A stretch of 48,709 nucleotides of DNA from a virus (lineage: Duplodnaviria; Caudoviricetes). Shown in pieces: positions 24,752 to 34,695 of the stretch (position 1 is the stretch's first letter; every line of letters starts with the position of its first letter). The stretch spans positions 1 to 48,709 of the IMG/VR virus record IMGVR_UViG_3300022697_000048. One strand, written 5' to 3'. The position numbers were made by a program, and so were the translations under genes. The notes under the pieces were generated by a model. It saw nothing but the letters and a program-made list of their open reading frames with translations, was not told the origin of the DNA and did not search any database.

Positions 24752-25986
24752 TTATTTACGCAATGCGTGAAACATTTTTAGCACCATTCCTGCAACGTAC
24801 AATGCTTGCATCACCAAATGATATCAAGCTTGCTCGTGATACGTTTCATGACCAACCGTTGTCGGATGTGGTGTCGTTTAATGCATCAGGCAATGAGGCT
24901 ACCATTGCTATTATTGGCCCGTTGTCTCTAGAGGGTCCAAGTTTTATAGATCGTCTTTTCGGGTACACTGGAACATCATATAAGGATATTATAGCGGCGG
25001 CTGATTTGTTACGTACTAATGTTGCAATTACTGATGTCAATCTAATGATATCATCGCCGGGTGGTACACATGATGGACTAGGTGAAGCCTATGCAGCGTT
25101 ATTGCGGTTGGCGGCTGAGAAAAATCTAGTTGCACAAAACCATGGTGAGATTTCTAGCGCTGCTTATTACTTGGCGGTTGCAGCTTCACGGATTGAGGCA
25201 TCTTCACCATTAGCTATAACGGGTTCAATTGGTGCCATGGTAGCAGGTATCGACACAAGTGAAGCGTTGAAACGGGATGGTGTAAAGCGTATACAAATTG
25301 TTTCTAGTAACGCGCCGAAAAAAAATGTAGACTTGACAACCACTAAAGGCGTGTCAATTATGCTTGACCACTTGGACGCTGTTGAACGAATCTTTTTCGA
25401 TGTTGTGGCTACAGGACGAAACACAACACTTGAAGACATAAAAGAAAATTTCGGGCAAGGTGGCGTATTAGTTGCGCTTGATCCTGATGAAAATAAACCC
25501 GACGCATTAAGCGTTGGTATGATTGACAGTGTTACCAATAGCGCTGGCGATGTTGTTACTATGAGTAGCAATAAACGTAGTAAAGGGACTATGTCCCTTA
25601 TCAATAACCCCGCGAGCAATGGCGGAACAAAAGAGGGTCAAGTTATGAACTTAAGTGAGTTGAAAAGTGATCACCCCGCCGTTTACGCGTCGGCGGTAGG
25701 TGAGGGTGAAAGTAAAGGTATCGAGTTGGAGCGCAACCGTGTTGCCACACACCTCGTGTTAGGTGAGGCGTCTGGTGATATGAAACTTGCGCTAAAAAAT
25801 ATTGCTGATGGTGTCGTGCATTCAGGTGATTCGAATGCATTGTATACAGCGGCGCAACTTAACCGCAAGCAAACAGATGATCGTCAAGGTGAAAATGTTG
25901 ATGATCTTAAGCTTAAAAACGACAACGACGGCGGTGATAGTGAGCTTACTATTGCTTTAGCTGCCAAATTAGGAGTGCAAATCTAA
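24748..25986 (+). CDS. S49 head maturation protease (probable C-terminal scaffold)
   Basis: ISSPGG, SAAYYLA, GSIG. Confidence 0.9.
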   Translation: MIIYAMRETFLAPFLQRTMLASPNDIKLARDTFHDQPLSDVVSFNASGNEATIAIIGPLSLEGPSFIDRLFGYTGTSYKDIIAAADLLRTNVAITDVNLMISSPGGTHDGLGEAYAALLRLAAEKNLVAQNHGEISSAAYYLAVAASRIEASSPLAITGSIGAMVAGIDTSEALKRDGVKRIQIVSSNAPKKNVDLTTTKGVSIMLDHLDAVERIFFDVVATGRNTTLEDIKENFGQGGVLVALDPDENKPDALSVGMIDSVTNSAGDVVTMSSNKRSKGTMSLINNPASNGGTKEGQVMNLSELKSDHPAVYASAVGEGESKGIELERNRVATHLVLGEASGDMKLALKNIADGVVHSGDSNALYTAAQLNRKQTDDRQGENVDDLKLKNDNDGGDSELTIALAAKLGVQI

Positions 25987-26387
25987 TGCCTGATCCTATC
26001 ATAACGCCTAATAACCTAGGCGACAGTATTTTACAAAACGCAGAGTTTCGCGATGAGCAATTGACTTTTGTGGGCGCTGGTACGGTACTCGCTGGTACTA
26101 TCCTTGCTCGTGACTCTGTCAGTGGTAATATGGTGCCGTATGTAATAGGTGGTGTAGCGAATGGTAACGGAATACCTAAAGGGTTGCTAACCTATGATGT
26201 GGTATCGGCTGGTGCTGGTAATGTTCCTATTCGTAGCGCGGTTACAGGTCGTTTTCGTAGAGAGGCGCTCATCGTTGATGCTGATGGTGATGGTAGTAAT
26301 ATCACCAACGCCATTATAGATGAACTACGTGTCTATGATATTTTACCAATCGATGTAGCTGAAGGCTACATTCTCGACAACTCATAA
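25986..26387 (+). CDS. Head decoration protein
   Basis: AGTILAR...GLL.YD; lies between protease and capsid. Confidence 0.8.
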   Translation: MPDPIITPNNLGDSILQNAEFRDEQLTFVGAGTVLAGTILARDSVSGNMVPYVIGGVANGNGIPKGLLTYDVVSAGAGNVPIRSAVTGRFRREALIVDADGDGSNITNAIIDELRVYDILPIDVAEGYILDNS

Positions 26388-26399
26388 GGAGCCTATACG

Positions 26400-27485
26400 A
26401 TGAGTAATACAGACACAACGGTAATGCTTGCGGCGTATAAGCAGGAAGCACAGCCAACCATGTTTTTTTCTGGAATGTTTCGGTCGCCACCTCGAAATTT
26501 CCATAATTCAAAATCGGTTCAATACGATATCACTCGTAGTGAAGAAGATATTTCTATTGCGGTGCAGGATCTATCGGTAGGTGCTCGAAGCAACTCTGTG
26601 GATGTTTACACCAACAAAGAAATTATCCCACCAATTCACAAAGAGAAAGGACCAATCGAGGCACATACATTGCTTGACCGTATGCCTGGTGTAGATCCTT
26701 TTATGCAAGTAGATTTCCAATCGTCTGCGATTGAACAAGGGTTGAACCTTGCGCGCCAGCTCCAGCGAAAAATCCTACGAGCAATCGAACTACAAGCAGT
26801 GCAAGTGTTGACACTCGGTGTGGTTACTCTCACAGATGGAACCGGCGCACCTATCTACTCAGTAGACTGGAAACCAAAGACCACACACTTTCCAACTTCT
26901 ACAATAGGTTGGGATCAACCATTATCCACCAAACTAAACGACCTTCGTGTGTTGGCCAATACCATTCGTGCTGACGGCCTTAGTAACCCGAATATGTTAA
27001 TATTTGGTGAATCCGCGTTGGAGCTTTTCATCAGTGATGATGCTGTGCAAAAACGTTGGGATGTTGAGCGCATGGCGCGTGATGCATTGGTAACACCTGA
27101 ACGTCGTGGTAGTGGTGGTATTTACCATGGCACTGTGACTATTGGTCACCAGCGTTACGACATGTGGTCATATGCCAGTCGTTACAAAGATCCTGTAACA
27201 GGTGCGAGTGTGCCATATATGCCTGATGACAAAGTGATCATGGCATCATCCGAAGCCACGCTTAACGCTACCTTTGGTGGAATCCCTCGCATTGGTCCAC
27301 CTGATCCACGTGTTCCTGGTGCATTAACATCACGTATCACCATACCTGAACAAATGGTTGATATTCAGATGAACGCTTGGTTTAGTGAAGATGGTGAAAC
27401 CATGAATGTACAAGCGGGTACCCGTCCACTCATGGTGCCAACAGCTATCGATACTTATGGCTGTCTAGACATCAACTTACCATAA
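26400..27485 (+). CDS. Major capsid protein, lambda E family
   Basis: 361 aa, AAGGAG RBS, RAIELQA.QVL..G, RPLMVP near the C-terminus. Confidence 0.9.
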   Translation: MSNTDTTVMLAAYKQEAQPTMFFSGMFRSPPRNFHNSKSVQYDITRSEEDISIAVQDLSVGARSNSVDVYTNKEIIPPIHKEKGPIEAHTLLDRMPGVDPFMQVDFQSSAIEQGLNLARQLQRKILRAIELQAVQVLTLGVVTLTDGTGAPIYSVDWKPKTTHFPTSTIGWDQPLSTKLNDLRVLANTIRADGLSNPNMLIFGESALELFISDDAVQKRWDVERMARDALVTPERRGSGGIYHGTVTIGHQRYDMWSYASRYKDPVTGASVPYMPDDKVIMASSEATLNATFGGIPRIGPPDPRVPGALTSRITIPEQMVDIQMNAWFSEDGETMNVQAGTRPLMVPTAIDTYGCLDINLP

Positions 27486-27505
27486 TTTACTAAGAGGTTT
27501 ATACA

Positions 27506-27781
27506 ATGGCTAAAGGTAAAAAACCACCACCACCACCACCTGTTGATGACGTTGATGCACCACCTGTTGATGACGTTGATGCACCACCTGTTGATGACGT
27601 TGATGCACCACCTGTTGACGTACCAGCCATGGTGCATCCATATGTGGTTGCTTCAGGTAAGTCGTTAACATGCAGACGTGCAATCATTGGTGAAGGAGAA
27701 CCAGTGTGTGCGGAACATGTAACAGGTGGTCAAGTTACCCTTGATGCGCTTGTTAAAGCAAAGTACGTAATTAAGAACTAG
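27506..27781 (+). CDS. Small head-associated protein with PPVDDVDA repeats
   Basis: GAGGT RBS; follows the capsid gene (FI-like position). Confidence 0.7.
   Translation: MAKGKKPPPPPPVDDVDAPPVDDVDAPPVDDVDAPPVDVPAMVHPYVVASGKSLTCRRAIIGEGEPVCAEHVTGGQVTLDALVKAKYVIKN
27536..27618. repeat. 24-bp coding tandem repeat x3.5
   Basis: CCACCTGTTGATGACGTTGATGCA repeated. Confidence 0.9.
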
Positions 27782-27785
27782 CACT

Positions 27786-28175
27786 ATGTCAAAAGGGTTA
27801 CGACATTTGGCCGAACAAGATCTAGGTAAGATTCTTGAAGATGATATGTATGGCTTCGGTTGGCCAATTGTCGTAACTGATCCTGAAGGTAGAACAGCCA
27901 ACTTGATTGGTAGGTCTAATGATGTTAGTCAAATTATTGATACTGAAACAGGTTTAGTTATTAGTGGGCGTTCTGCGACGGTTGCCATCAGAATCAAGTT
28001 GCTAACTGAGAATAACTTAGGTGTTCCGGTTGGTGTTGCTGAGTTAGAGGGTAAGCCATGGCTAGTTAAGTTTGATGATGTCAATGGCACCAGTTATGTG
28101 TTTAAGGTTTCTAAAACTAATCCAGATCGAAGCATAGGAATGGTTACCTGTGTATTAGAAAATTATAGATTATGA
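27786..28175 (+). CDS. Probable head-closure / head-tail adaptor
   Basis: Size and synteny. Confidence 0.6.
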   Translation: MSKGLRHLAEQDLGKILEDDMYGFGWPIVVTDPEGRTANLIGRSNDVSQIIDTETGLVISGRSATVAIRIKLLTENNLGVPVGVAELEGKPWLVKFDDVNGTSYVFKVSKTNPDRSIGMVTCVLENYRL

Positions 28176-28843
28176 GCTTACAAGCATTAATCAATAAGGT
28201 TGATAATTTTGAAATTATTCGTGATCAAATTGCTAGTATTTTAGTAGGCGAAATATCTAACCAGAAAGCGCTTGCGATAGCTGCTACTCTAGACCCTAAA
28301 GATTGGGACTTACGAATATATAAAGAACGTTCAAACGCATGGGAGCAATGGTTGACAGTTACGGATGACACTATAACAACACCGATTGTTAATGTTGCGT
28401 TTGATATTTCAAATGTGGATGCGGCTGCAACTACGCAACATCATAAACAAAAATTTGAAGGTATATTTAATATTGATTGTTTTGGTTTAGGTATCTCAAG
28501 TGATGACCCATTGGGTGGACACATGACGGGCGACCAAAGTGCAGTGCTTGAGGTGCATAGAGCAGCAAGGTTAGTACGTAATATTATACGAGCAGGTGAG
28601 AACACATATCTGCAAATGCGTGGTATAGTTGGCGGGCGCGAGATCCAAAGCATAACGTCGTTTCGGCCTGAAACTATTGATGGGCCGGTTGAAAAAATTG
28701 CAGCGGCTAGGCTACAACTTAAAGTTGCATTCAATGAATTCACCGATCAATATGTAGGTGAACTACTAGAAATGATTTCTATTGATGTTTTTGCAAAAGA
28801 AGACGGTGAGCTACTATTAGAATTAGAGTATCAGTATCCCTAA
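28172..28843 (+). CDS. Probable tail terminator/completion protein
   Basis: Directly precedes the sheath gene. Confidence 0.6.
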   Translation: MSLQALINKVDNFEIIRDQIASILVGEISNQKALAIAATLDPKDWDLRIYKERSNAWEQWLTVTDDTITTPIVNVAFDISNVDAAATTQHHKQKFEGIFNIDCFGLGISSDDPLGGHMTGDQSAVLEVHRAARLVRNIIRAGENTYLQMRGIVGGREIQSITSFRPETIDGPVEKIAAARLQLKVAFNEFTDQYVGELLEMISIDVFAKEDGELLLELEYQYP

Positions 28844-28861
28844 CATAAAGGAGAATTCAAA

Positions 28862-30355
28862 ATGTTATCAAATGCGATCCAAGCTGGTGCCGTTTCTAGA
28901 ATCACCGGCGTACAAACATTGTTTAAAGATTTACGCGGTGGTATTACGTTACTACCACAACGTATCGCCATGGTGGGACAGGGTAATACTACGTCTGTCT
29001 ACCCATTAACCAAATTACAGGTAACGAGCGCGTTAGAGGTTGCCAACGTGTATGGTTTTGGTTGCCCGTTACACCTCGCCGCACGTCAGTTTTTTCCTGT
29101 TAATGGTGATGGTATTGGTATTATTCCGTTAACCATTTACCCAATGGTAGACGATGGCTCAGGTGTTGCCGCTACTGGTGACATTACCCCCGTTGTCGGT
29201 GCTACCGAAGCGGCGGCGTTCTTAGTTAGAGTTAACAATATTGAATCAGCACAGTTTGTCATTAACATTGGTGATACAGTTGCCAACGTTGTGGCATCAA
29301 TCACTACAGCAATTAATGGTCAACTGGCTATGCCTATTATCGCGACCGACGCTACAACCGTTGTTAACTTCGCGGCTAAGTGGGCCGGGTCAAGCTCTAA
29401 CGACATTGTTGTAGAGATAGTCGGCGCAACTAACGTAGGCAACACATTTGCGGTTACACAGGCAAACGGTGGGCTTGTTAATCCCGATGTTGACCCAGCA
29501 CTAACACTAGTGGGTAATACATGGGAGACATTATTTTTGAACTGTTTAGAAGTTGGTGACACTACCAACCTTGACAGGTTCAACGCATTTGGTGAAGGTC
29601 GTTGGGGTGCTATTGTACGTAAACCACCTGTTGTGTTTAGTGGTAGTGTTGAGGCTGTTGTTGCCACCACCATTATCATACCTAACGCACGTAACACACA
29701 ACGTGTGAACTGCCAACTAGTATCACCCGCGTCTAATGACCTACCGTTAGTTGTAGCCGCACGTCAGTTGACACGTATCGCCCGTTTAGCAAATGATAAC
29801 CCTGCCCATGACTACGGTAGCCAACAGGCAAACGGTTTGATACCTGGTGCCGATGAACTTCAATGGACATACCCACAACGTGAACAGGCGGTGTTAGGTG
29901 GTAGTTCAACAATCGAAGTTGTTGACGGAATTGTGAACATAGGTGATGTGATTACCTTCTACCATCCAACAGGCGACACAGCGCCCGCGTATCGGTTTGT
30001 GGTTGATATCATTAAACTACAAAATGCAATTTTTAATGTCGACATGCGATTTGCTGTACCTGAATGGGATGGTGCGCCGTTGATTCCTGATGATCAAGTT
30101 GCTAACTTAAACCCAAGTGCTAAACGTCCAAGTATGGCAGTTGCAGAAGTCGCCGCTGTTATAGACGGGTTAGCTGCCAACGCTATTATTAGTGATCCAG
30201 TTTCAGCGAAGAAAACTATCCTAGCCGAAATCGATGCTACCAACCCTAAGCGTTTAAATCTAACGTTTACTATACAGCTAAGTGGTAACACCAATATTAA
30301 AAGCATAGATTTAAACTTTGGCTTTTTCTATGGTGGCAACACTATAGCCGCATAA
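28862..30355 (+). CDS. Tail sheath protein (Mu L-like)
   Basis: 497 aa; YGFG.PLH, AKWAG...N, ITFYH, NPKRLN. Confidence 0.88.
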   Translation: MLSNAIQAGAVSRITGVQTLFKDLRGGITLLPQRIAMVGQGNTTSVYPLTKLQVTSALEVANVYGFGCPLHLAARQFFPVNGDGIGIIPLTIYPMVDDGSGVAATGDITPVVGATEAAAFLVRVNNIESAQFVINIGDTVANVVASITTAINGQLAMPIIATDATTVVNFAAKWAGSSSNDIVVEIVGATNVGNTFAVTQANGGLVNPDVDPALTLVGNTWETLFLNCLEVGDTTNLDRFNAFGEGRWGAIVRKPPVVFSGSVEAVVATTIIIPNARNTQRVNCQLVSPASNDLPLVVAARQLTRIARLANDNPAHDYGSQQANGLIPGADELQWTYPQREQAVLGGSSTIEVVDGIVNIGDVITFYHPTGDTAPAYRFVVDIIKLQNAIFNVDMRFAVPEWDGAPLIPDDQVANLNPSAKRPSMAVAEVAAVIDGLAANAIISDPVSAKKTILAEIDATNPKRLNLTFTIQLSGNTNIKSIDLNFGFFYGGNTIAA

Positions 30356-30377
30356 CATAACATAGGAGATATTTAAA

Positions 30378-30758
30378 ATGAGTGTAGGCGGATCAATTAT
30401 AGAGGTGGCGTTATCTGGTCGTGGGTTCGCGGTGGCCAGTGATGCCGATTCAAACAGGTCATTAGGTGGATCAATGAACGAACTTGACCCTAACGGCAAT
30501 CGTACAGCGCGGCTTATAAAAAATTATAAGCCGTGGAAGACTGATAATCTTGTTCTCGATATTGATGATCAACTCGACGCACAAGAATATATTCAGGCCG
30601 AAGCTAATAAAACTGATTACATTACTGTGATCATCACGTATGCTAGCGGTATTCGGTATTCAGGCCGTGCGCAAATCACAGGTGAAATACAAGTAAGCAG
30701 CCAGAAAACCACGGCAACAATTACACTTGAGGGACCAGAAACGTTAGAACAACAGTAG
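30378..30758 (+). CDS. Tail tube protein
   Basis: 126 aa after the sheath; AGGAG RBS. Confidence 0.8.
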   Translation: MSVGGSIIEVALSGRGFAVASDADSNRSLGGSMNELDPNGNRTARLIKNYKPWKTDNLVLDIDDQLDAQEYIQAEANKTDYITVIITYASGIRYSGRAQITGEIQVSSQKTTATITLEGPETLEQQ

Positions 30759-30845
30759 GGTACTCCGGGGACTTTTCACGCGTTGTGCGGGCCGTCCACC
30801 CTTTACCCACTTGTGGGGTGCAGCGCTCTAATTAAAGAGGACACA

Positions 30846-31292
30846 ATGATGGACACACCAAATGACGATATTGTCGAATTAGCTGATAATGAGATAATGA
30901 CACTTGAAATGGCCCAACAAGAATTTGATAGATGGGCTGATGAAATGGACTTAGAATTTGAAACTGACATAATGGGTGAAGAAACATTAGACGATTTCAA
31001 TTTTAATCGTCGTAAGATTTGCCGCTCATTGCAACGAGGCGACTTGATTATCAACGCTGAAGGTTACGCAGAGTACACACCGCGAATCGTCACGATTGAC
31101 AAGCCACTAGTGTGGAAACAACTTAGTGGTAAAACCATTGCGGTTGTGGATGGTAAGAAAAAGAATGAATCAGTTAAAAAAACATTCCATGCAATGGCTA
31201 AGTTAACAGGTGTTCATCACAGTGTTTTTGAAAACATGACTGGTATCGACAGAAAGGTGTGTGATGTTTTATTCATACTTTTAGCGGTTTAG
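30846..31292 (+). CDS. Tail assembly chaperone (G-like)
   Basis: GAGG RBS before ATG 30846; lies between tube and tape measure. Confidence 0.75.
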   Translation: MMDTPNDDIVELADNEIMTLEMAQQEFDRWADEMDLEFETDIMGEETLDDFNFNRRKICRSLQRGDLIINAEGYAEYTPRIVTIDKPLVWKQLSGKTIAVVDGKKKNESVKKTFHAMAKLTGVHHSVFENMTGIDRKVCDVLFILLAV

Positions 31293-31498
31293 TTCGGACA
31301 ACCTTAGTACGACATGGTTGTGAAGAAAAATTACCAGACGGGCAAAATACATTTAATAATGTCTACGCTGAAATGTTGTTGCAAATTTGCAGAGAGTATC
31401 CAGGTCTACCGAACGCCTTGGAACTTGAAGCTACACATATTAGGTTTTTTTATAACGGCTTAAGAAAGGAATTAATAAAAAATAGTAAACCGTCATAG
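31265..31498 (+). CDS. -1-frame extension of the tail chaperone (GT-like), or a separate small gene from ATG 31373
   Basis: Open -1 frame VRTTLVRHG...EMLLQICREYPGLP...IRFFYNGLRKEL fills the gap to the tape measure. Confidence 0.6.
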   Translation, partial: CFIHTFSGLVRTTLVRHGCEEKLPDGQNTFNNVYAEMLLQICREYPGLPNALELEATHIRFFYNGLRKELIKNSKPS

Positions 31499-31507
31499 AG
31501 GTAAATA

Positions 31508-33463
31508 ATGGCTATAAAAAGATTTACACTTGAGGCGGTTTTTTCAATGGTTGATAAGGTCACCGCGCCTATATCACGTCTCCAAAACCGTATACAAAAA
31601 TTCACACGCTCGGTACATCGCGGGCTTACTCGTGTCAATCGATCTATTAATAAAATGGGCGCTGGTATCAAGCGTATGTCCGTAGCGGGTGTAGCGGGCC
31701 TGACAGCACTTGGATTTGCGTTAGGTAATGTTATTGGTGTTGGTGCTGACTTCGGGCGCGCCATTGGTTCAGCCGCCGCTAAATTTCCCGCCGTAATGAA
31801 AAATGGTATTCTGACCCCTATTAAACGTGGATCGGATGAGTTTAAAGCGTTAGCCGCCGAAGCTCGCAAGGTTGGGGCAAGTACTGAGTTCAGCGCCATT
31901 GAAGCAGCACAAGGTTTAAACTTTTTAGCTAAGGCCGGTTTCAGTGCGACCGATGCTATTAAATCACTAGCACCTATTGTTGATTTTGCTACAGCTTCAG
32001 AAATTGGATTGGCCGAAGCTGCTGATATTGCCAGTGATGCTATAGGTGCATTCGGTTTGGATGATCCTGACCCAGATAAAAAATTGGCAGGGTTACAACG
32101 GATCATGGACGTGATGAGTAAAACAGCCAACTCAACTAACACAAGTGTTGCTGAATTATTTGAGTCTATGAAAAAGGGTGGGCCGGTTGCTGATACTGCT
32201 GGCGCTTCTGTAGAAACATTTTCTGCAATGATGGGATTCTTAGCATCTAATGGTATTAAAGCAGCACAAGCAGGAACAGCATCGAAGAACGTTACACTTG
32301 CCCTTGCTGGTGTTGGTAATAAAGCAGCAAAAACATTCGATAAGTTACGTATTAAACTTGCTGATTCAACTGGTGGTATGCGGGATCAACTAGATGTACT
32401 TGATGATCTACGTAAAGCATTATCAAAAAAAGGTGAACAAGAACAGATAGAAATTATCGCTGCTATTTTTGGTAAAATTCCTATTGCCGCCGCCGCTAAA
32501 TTGGTTGGTAACACCGGTAAAAAAATACGTGAATTGCGAATTGAATTGGAGAAAGCGGGTGGATCAAGTAAACGAACCGCTGCTTTTATTCGCAATGATG
32601 TTAAAGGTAGTTTAGATAGCCTAGGTTCAGCGATTCAAGATGTGAAGATAGGTATATTCGAACTAAATGAAGGACCATTAAAAGACGGTATTGATAAAAT
32701 GACAGAGTGGACAAGAACACACGGCGCTGCTATTGGTAGTGGTATTGGTGAATTCTTGTTAATGATGATTGATAATTTTCAAACCATCGCGCTATGGACT
32801 AAACGTGTGGCCATAGTAGTTGCGGTATTCTTTGCAATTTCCATGGCTATCAAAGCGGCACTTGTTACACTAACCTTATTTAATTTTGCCGTAACTGTTT
32901 TTGGTTTACTTGCAAAAACCATTGCGGTGGTGAGTAAGGCTATTGCATTTATGAACGTTGTTATGTTTGCTAACCCGATTGGGCTAATTGTGTTAGCTGT
33001 AGTCGCGTTAATAGCAGGATTCACCGCGTTGGTTGTGTGGATTGATGAGATATCAGCAGGTTTCGATAAACTTCCTGTAGCTATTCAGGTTATATTAGGT
33101 CCGATTGGATTGTTAATTAAAGCTATTAAATTTATTAAGGATAATTCTGATTTTATTTTTGAAATTGCTGGTGATGGTATTGATAAAATAACGGACGCTG
33201 CAAATTTTGTCGGTGATAAAATCGGTGGAGCTTTCGATAATGTGTTTGGTGATGAAACTGGTGTAGATGTAAATGGTGATAGTGTTGAACCTTCATTGTT
33301 AGCAAGTGTGGCAAGTCCTCAAGAACGTGTAGCGCGAAGTATTGAGGAAACAACTAATACAAATAAATCTGAAATATTAGTACGTACTGAAGGCGGCACC
33401 GCTGAAATTGTTAAGAATGGAATGGGTGGAAGCCTTACCATACAACCATCAGGTGGTATCTGA
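31508..33463 (+). CDS. Tape measure protein
   Basis: Ala/Gly-rich helical; TEFSAIEAAQGL.FLAKAGF core; hydrophobic ANPIG segment. Confidence 0.92.
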   Translation: MAIKRFTLEAVFSMVDKVTAPISRLQNRIQKFTRSVHRGLTRVNRSINKMGAGIKRMSVAGVAGLTALGFALGNVIGVGADFGRAIGSAAAKFPAVMKNGILTPIKRGSDEFKALAAEARKVGASTEFSAIEAAQGLNFLAKAGFSATDAIKSLAPIVDFATASEIGLAEAADIASDAIGAFGLDDPDPDKKLAGLQRIMDVMSKTANSTNTSVAELFESMKKGGPVADTAGASVETFSAMMGFLASNGIKAAQAGTASKNVTLALAGVGNKAAKTFDKLRIKLADSTGGMRDQLDVLDDLRKALSKKGEQEQIEIIAAIFGKIPIAAAAKLVGNTGKKIRELRIELEKAGGSSKRTAAFIRNDVKGSLDSLGSAIQDVKIGIFELNEGPLKDGIDKMTEWTRTHGAAIGSGIGEFLLMMIDNFQTIALWTKRVAIVVAVFFAISMAIKAALVTLTLFNFAVTVFGLLAKTIAVVSKAIAFMNVVMFANPIGLIVLAVVALIAGFTALVVWIDEISAGFDKLPVAIQVILGPIGLLIKAIKFIKDNSDFIFEIAGDGIDKITDAANFVGDKIGGAFDNVFGDETGVDVNGDSVEPSLLASVASPQERVARSIEETTNTNKSEILVRTEGGTAEIVKNGMGGSLTIQPSGGI

Positions 33464-34695
33464 TGGATTGGCGCGATAGACTTTATGTTGCTAGTTACGA
33501 ATCACCATCCGGTGTTGTTACTGCATTTGACTATGAAAATGTTAGTAAGAATGTAACTAAAAAAACCACCGCTTTCCAATTTCCAGATTTTGACGGAACA
33601 TACGTACAGGATTTAGGCCACACTGGGAGACGGTACCCATTACGCATGTTTTTTTGGGGTGCTGATCACGATATTATTAGTGAAAACTTTGAAGCCTCAT
33701 TACTTGAGGTTGGTATCGGTATTATAACTCACCCTGTTTGGGGTAGTGTCAACGTTGTTCCGTTTGGTGAAATACGTTATAGGAATGATTTAAAAACAGC
33801 GTCTAATCAAACTGTTGTTGAAGTCACATTTTGGGAAACCATAACTGACTTATACCCAATATCACAAAACGATCCTGCTAGTGGTGTGAGGTTAGCTGTT
33901 AGTGAACACAACACTGCCGCCGCTGAAACGTTTGAAGAAACTTTAGACATTGATACTGAGGTTGAAAAAGTCACAACCGTTAGCACATACACAACACTAT
34001 TAGATAGTGTATCAAGTGGTTTAGGTTCAGTAGCAGCGGTGCAAGATGATGTCCTAACACAGTTTAATAATATCAATGATTCAATTAATAATTCAATTGA
34101 TGTGCTGATTGATCAACCATTAGCGTTAGCGTTCCAAACAATGGAACTTTTACAAACCCCATCACGTGCGCTATCGCGTATAAATGATCGCCTTGACGCA
34201 TATAAAAACTTAGCTGATTCTATTTTTTCAAACAGTACCCCACCTAAAAACGAAAATAGTTTTCGTGTGAATGATTTATATGCATCTACGTATGTTACAG
34301 GTTCCATATTATCTGTTGTTAATAATCAGTTTGACACTAAGACACAAGCATTGTCGGCTGCTGAGGTTGTCATTCAACAAATGGATGATTTTATAGAATG
34401 GCGCGATAACAACCTAACTGACTTATCTATTGTTGATACTGGTGAGACATATCAACAATTACAAGAAGCGGTGGCTATTACCATTGGGTTCCTTGTAGAA
34501 ATTTCGTTTAATTTAAAACAAGAGCGCCGTATTATTTTAGAATCAAATCATACAATGATTGATTTGATGGGTGAACTATATCCATTAGATGTTGATATTG
34601 ATGATGAGATTGATTTTTTTATACAGTCTAACGACCTTACAGGGAGTGAAATTCTAGAGATACCACGTGGTAGGGAAATTGTGTATTATGTATAA
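33463..34695 (+). CDS. Mu N-like DNA circularisation / tail protein
   Basis: WRDRL..ASY...FP..DG.YVQDLG...HPVWG. Confidence 0.8.
   Translation: MDWRDRLYVASYESPSGVVTAFDYENVSKNVTKKTTAFQFPDFDGTYVQDLGHTGRRYPLRMFFWGADHDIISENFEASLLEVGIGIITHPVWGSVNVVPFGEIRYRNDLKTASNQTVVEVTFWETITDLYPISQNDPASGVRLAVSEHNTAAAETFEETLDIDTEVEKVTTVSTYTTLLDSVSSGLGSVAAVQDDVLTQFNNINDSINNSIDVLIDQPLALAFQTMELLQTPSRALSRINDRLDAYKNLADSIFSNSTPPKNENSFRVNDLYASTYVTGSILSVVNNQFDTKTQALSAAEVVIQQMDDFIEWRDNNLTDLSIVDTGETYQQLQEAVAITIGFLVEISFNLKQERRIILESNHTMIDLMGELYPLDVDIDDEIDFFIQSNDLTGSEILEIPRGREIVYYV

Noticed and set aside
31450-32142. 230-aa antisense ORF, and the other antisense ORFs within structural and replication genes
   Set aside because: Almost entirely overlapped by well-supported genes; no recognisable motifs
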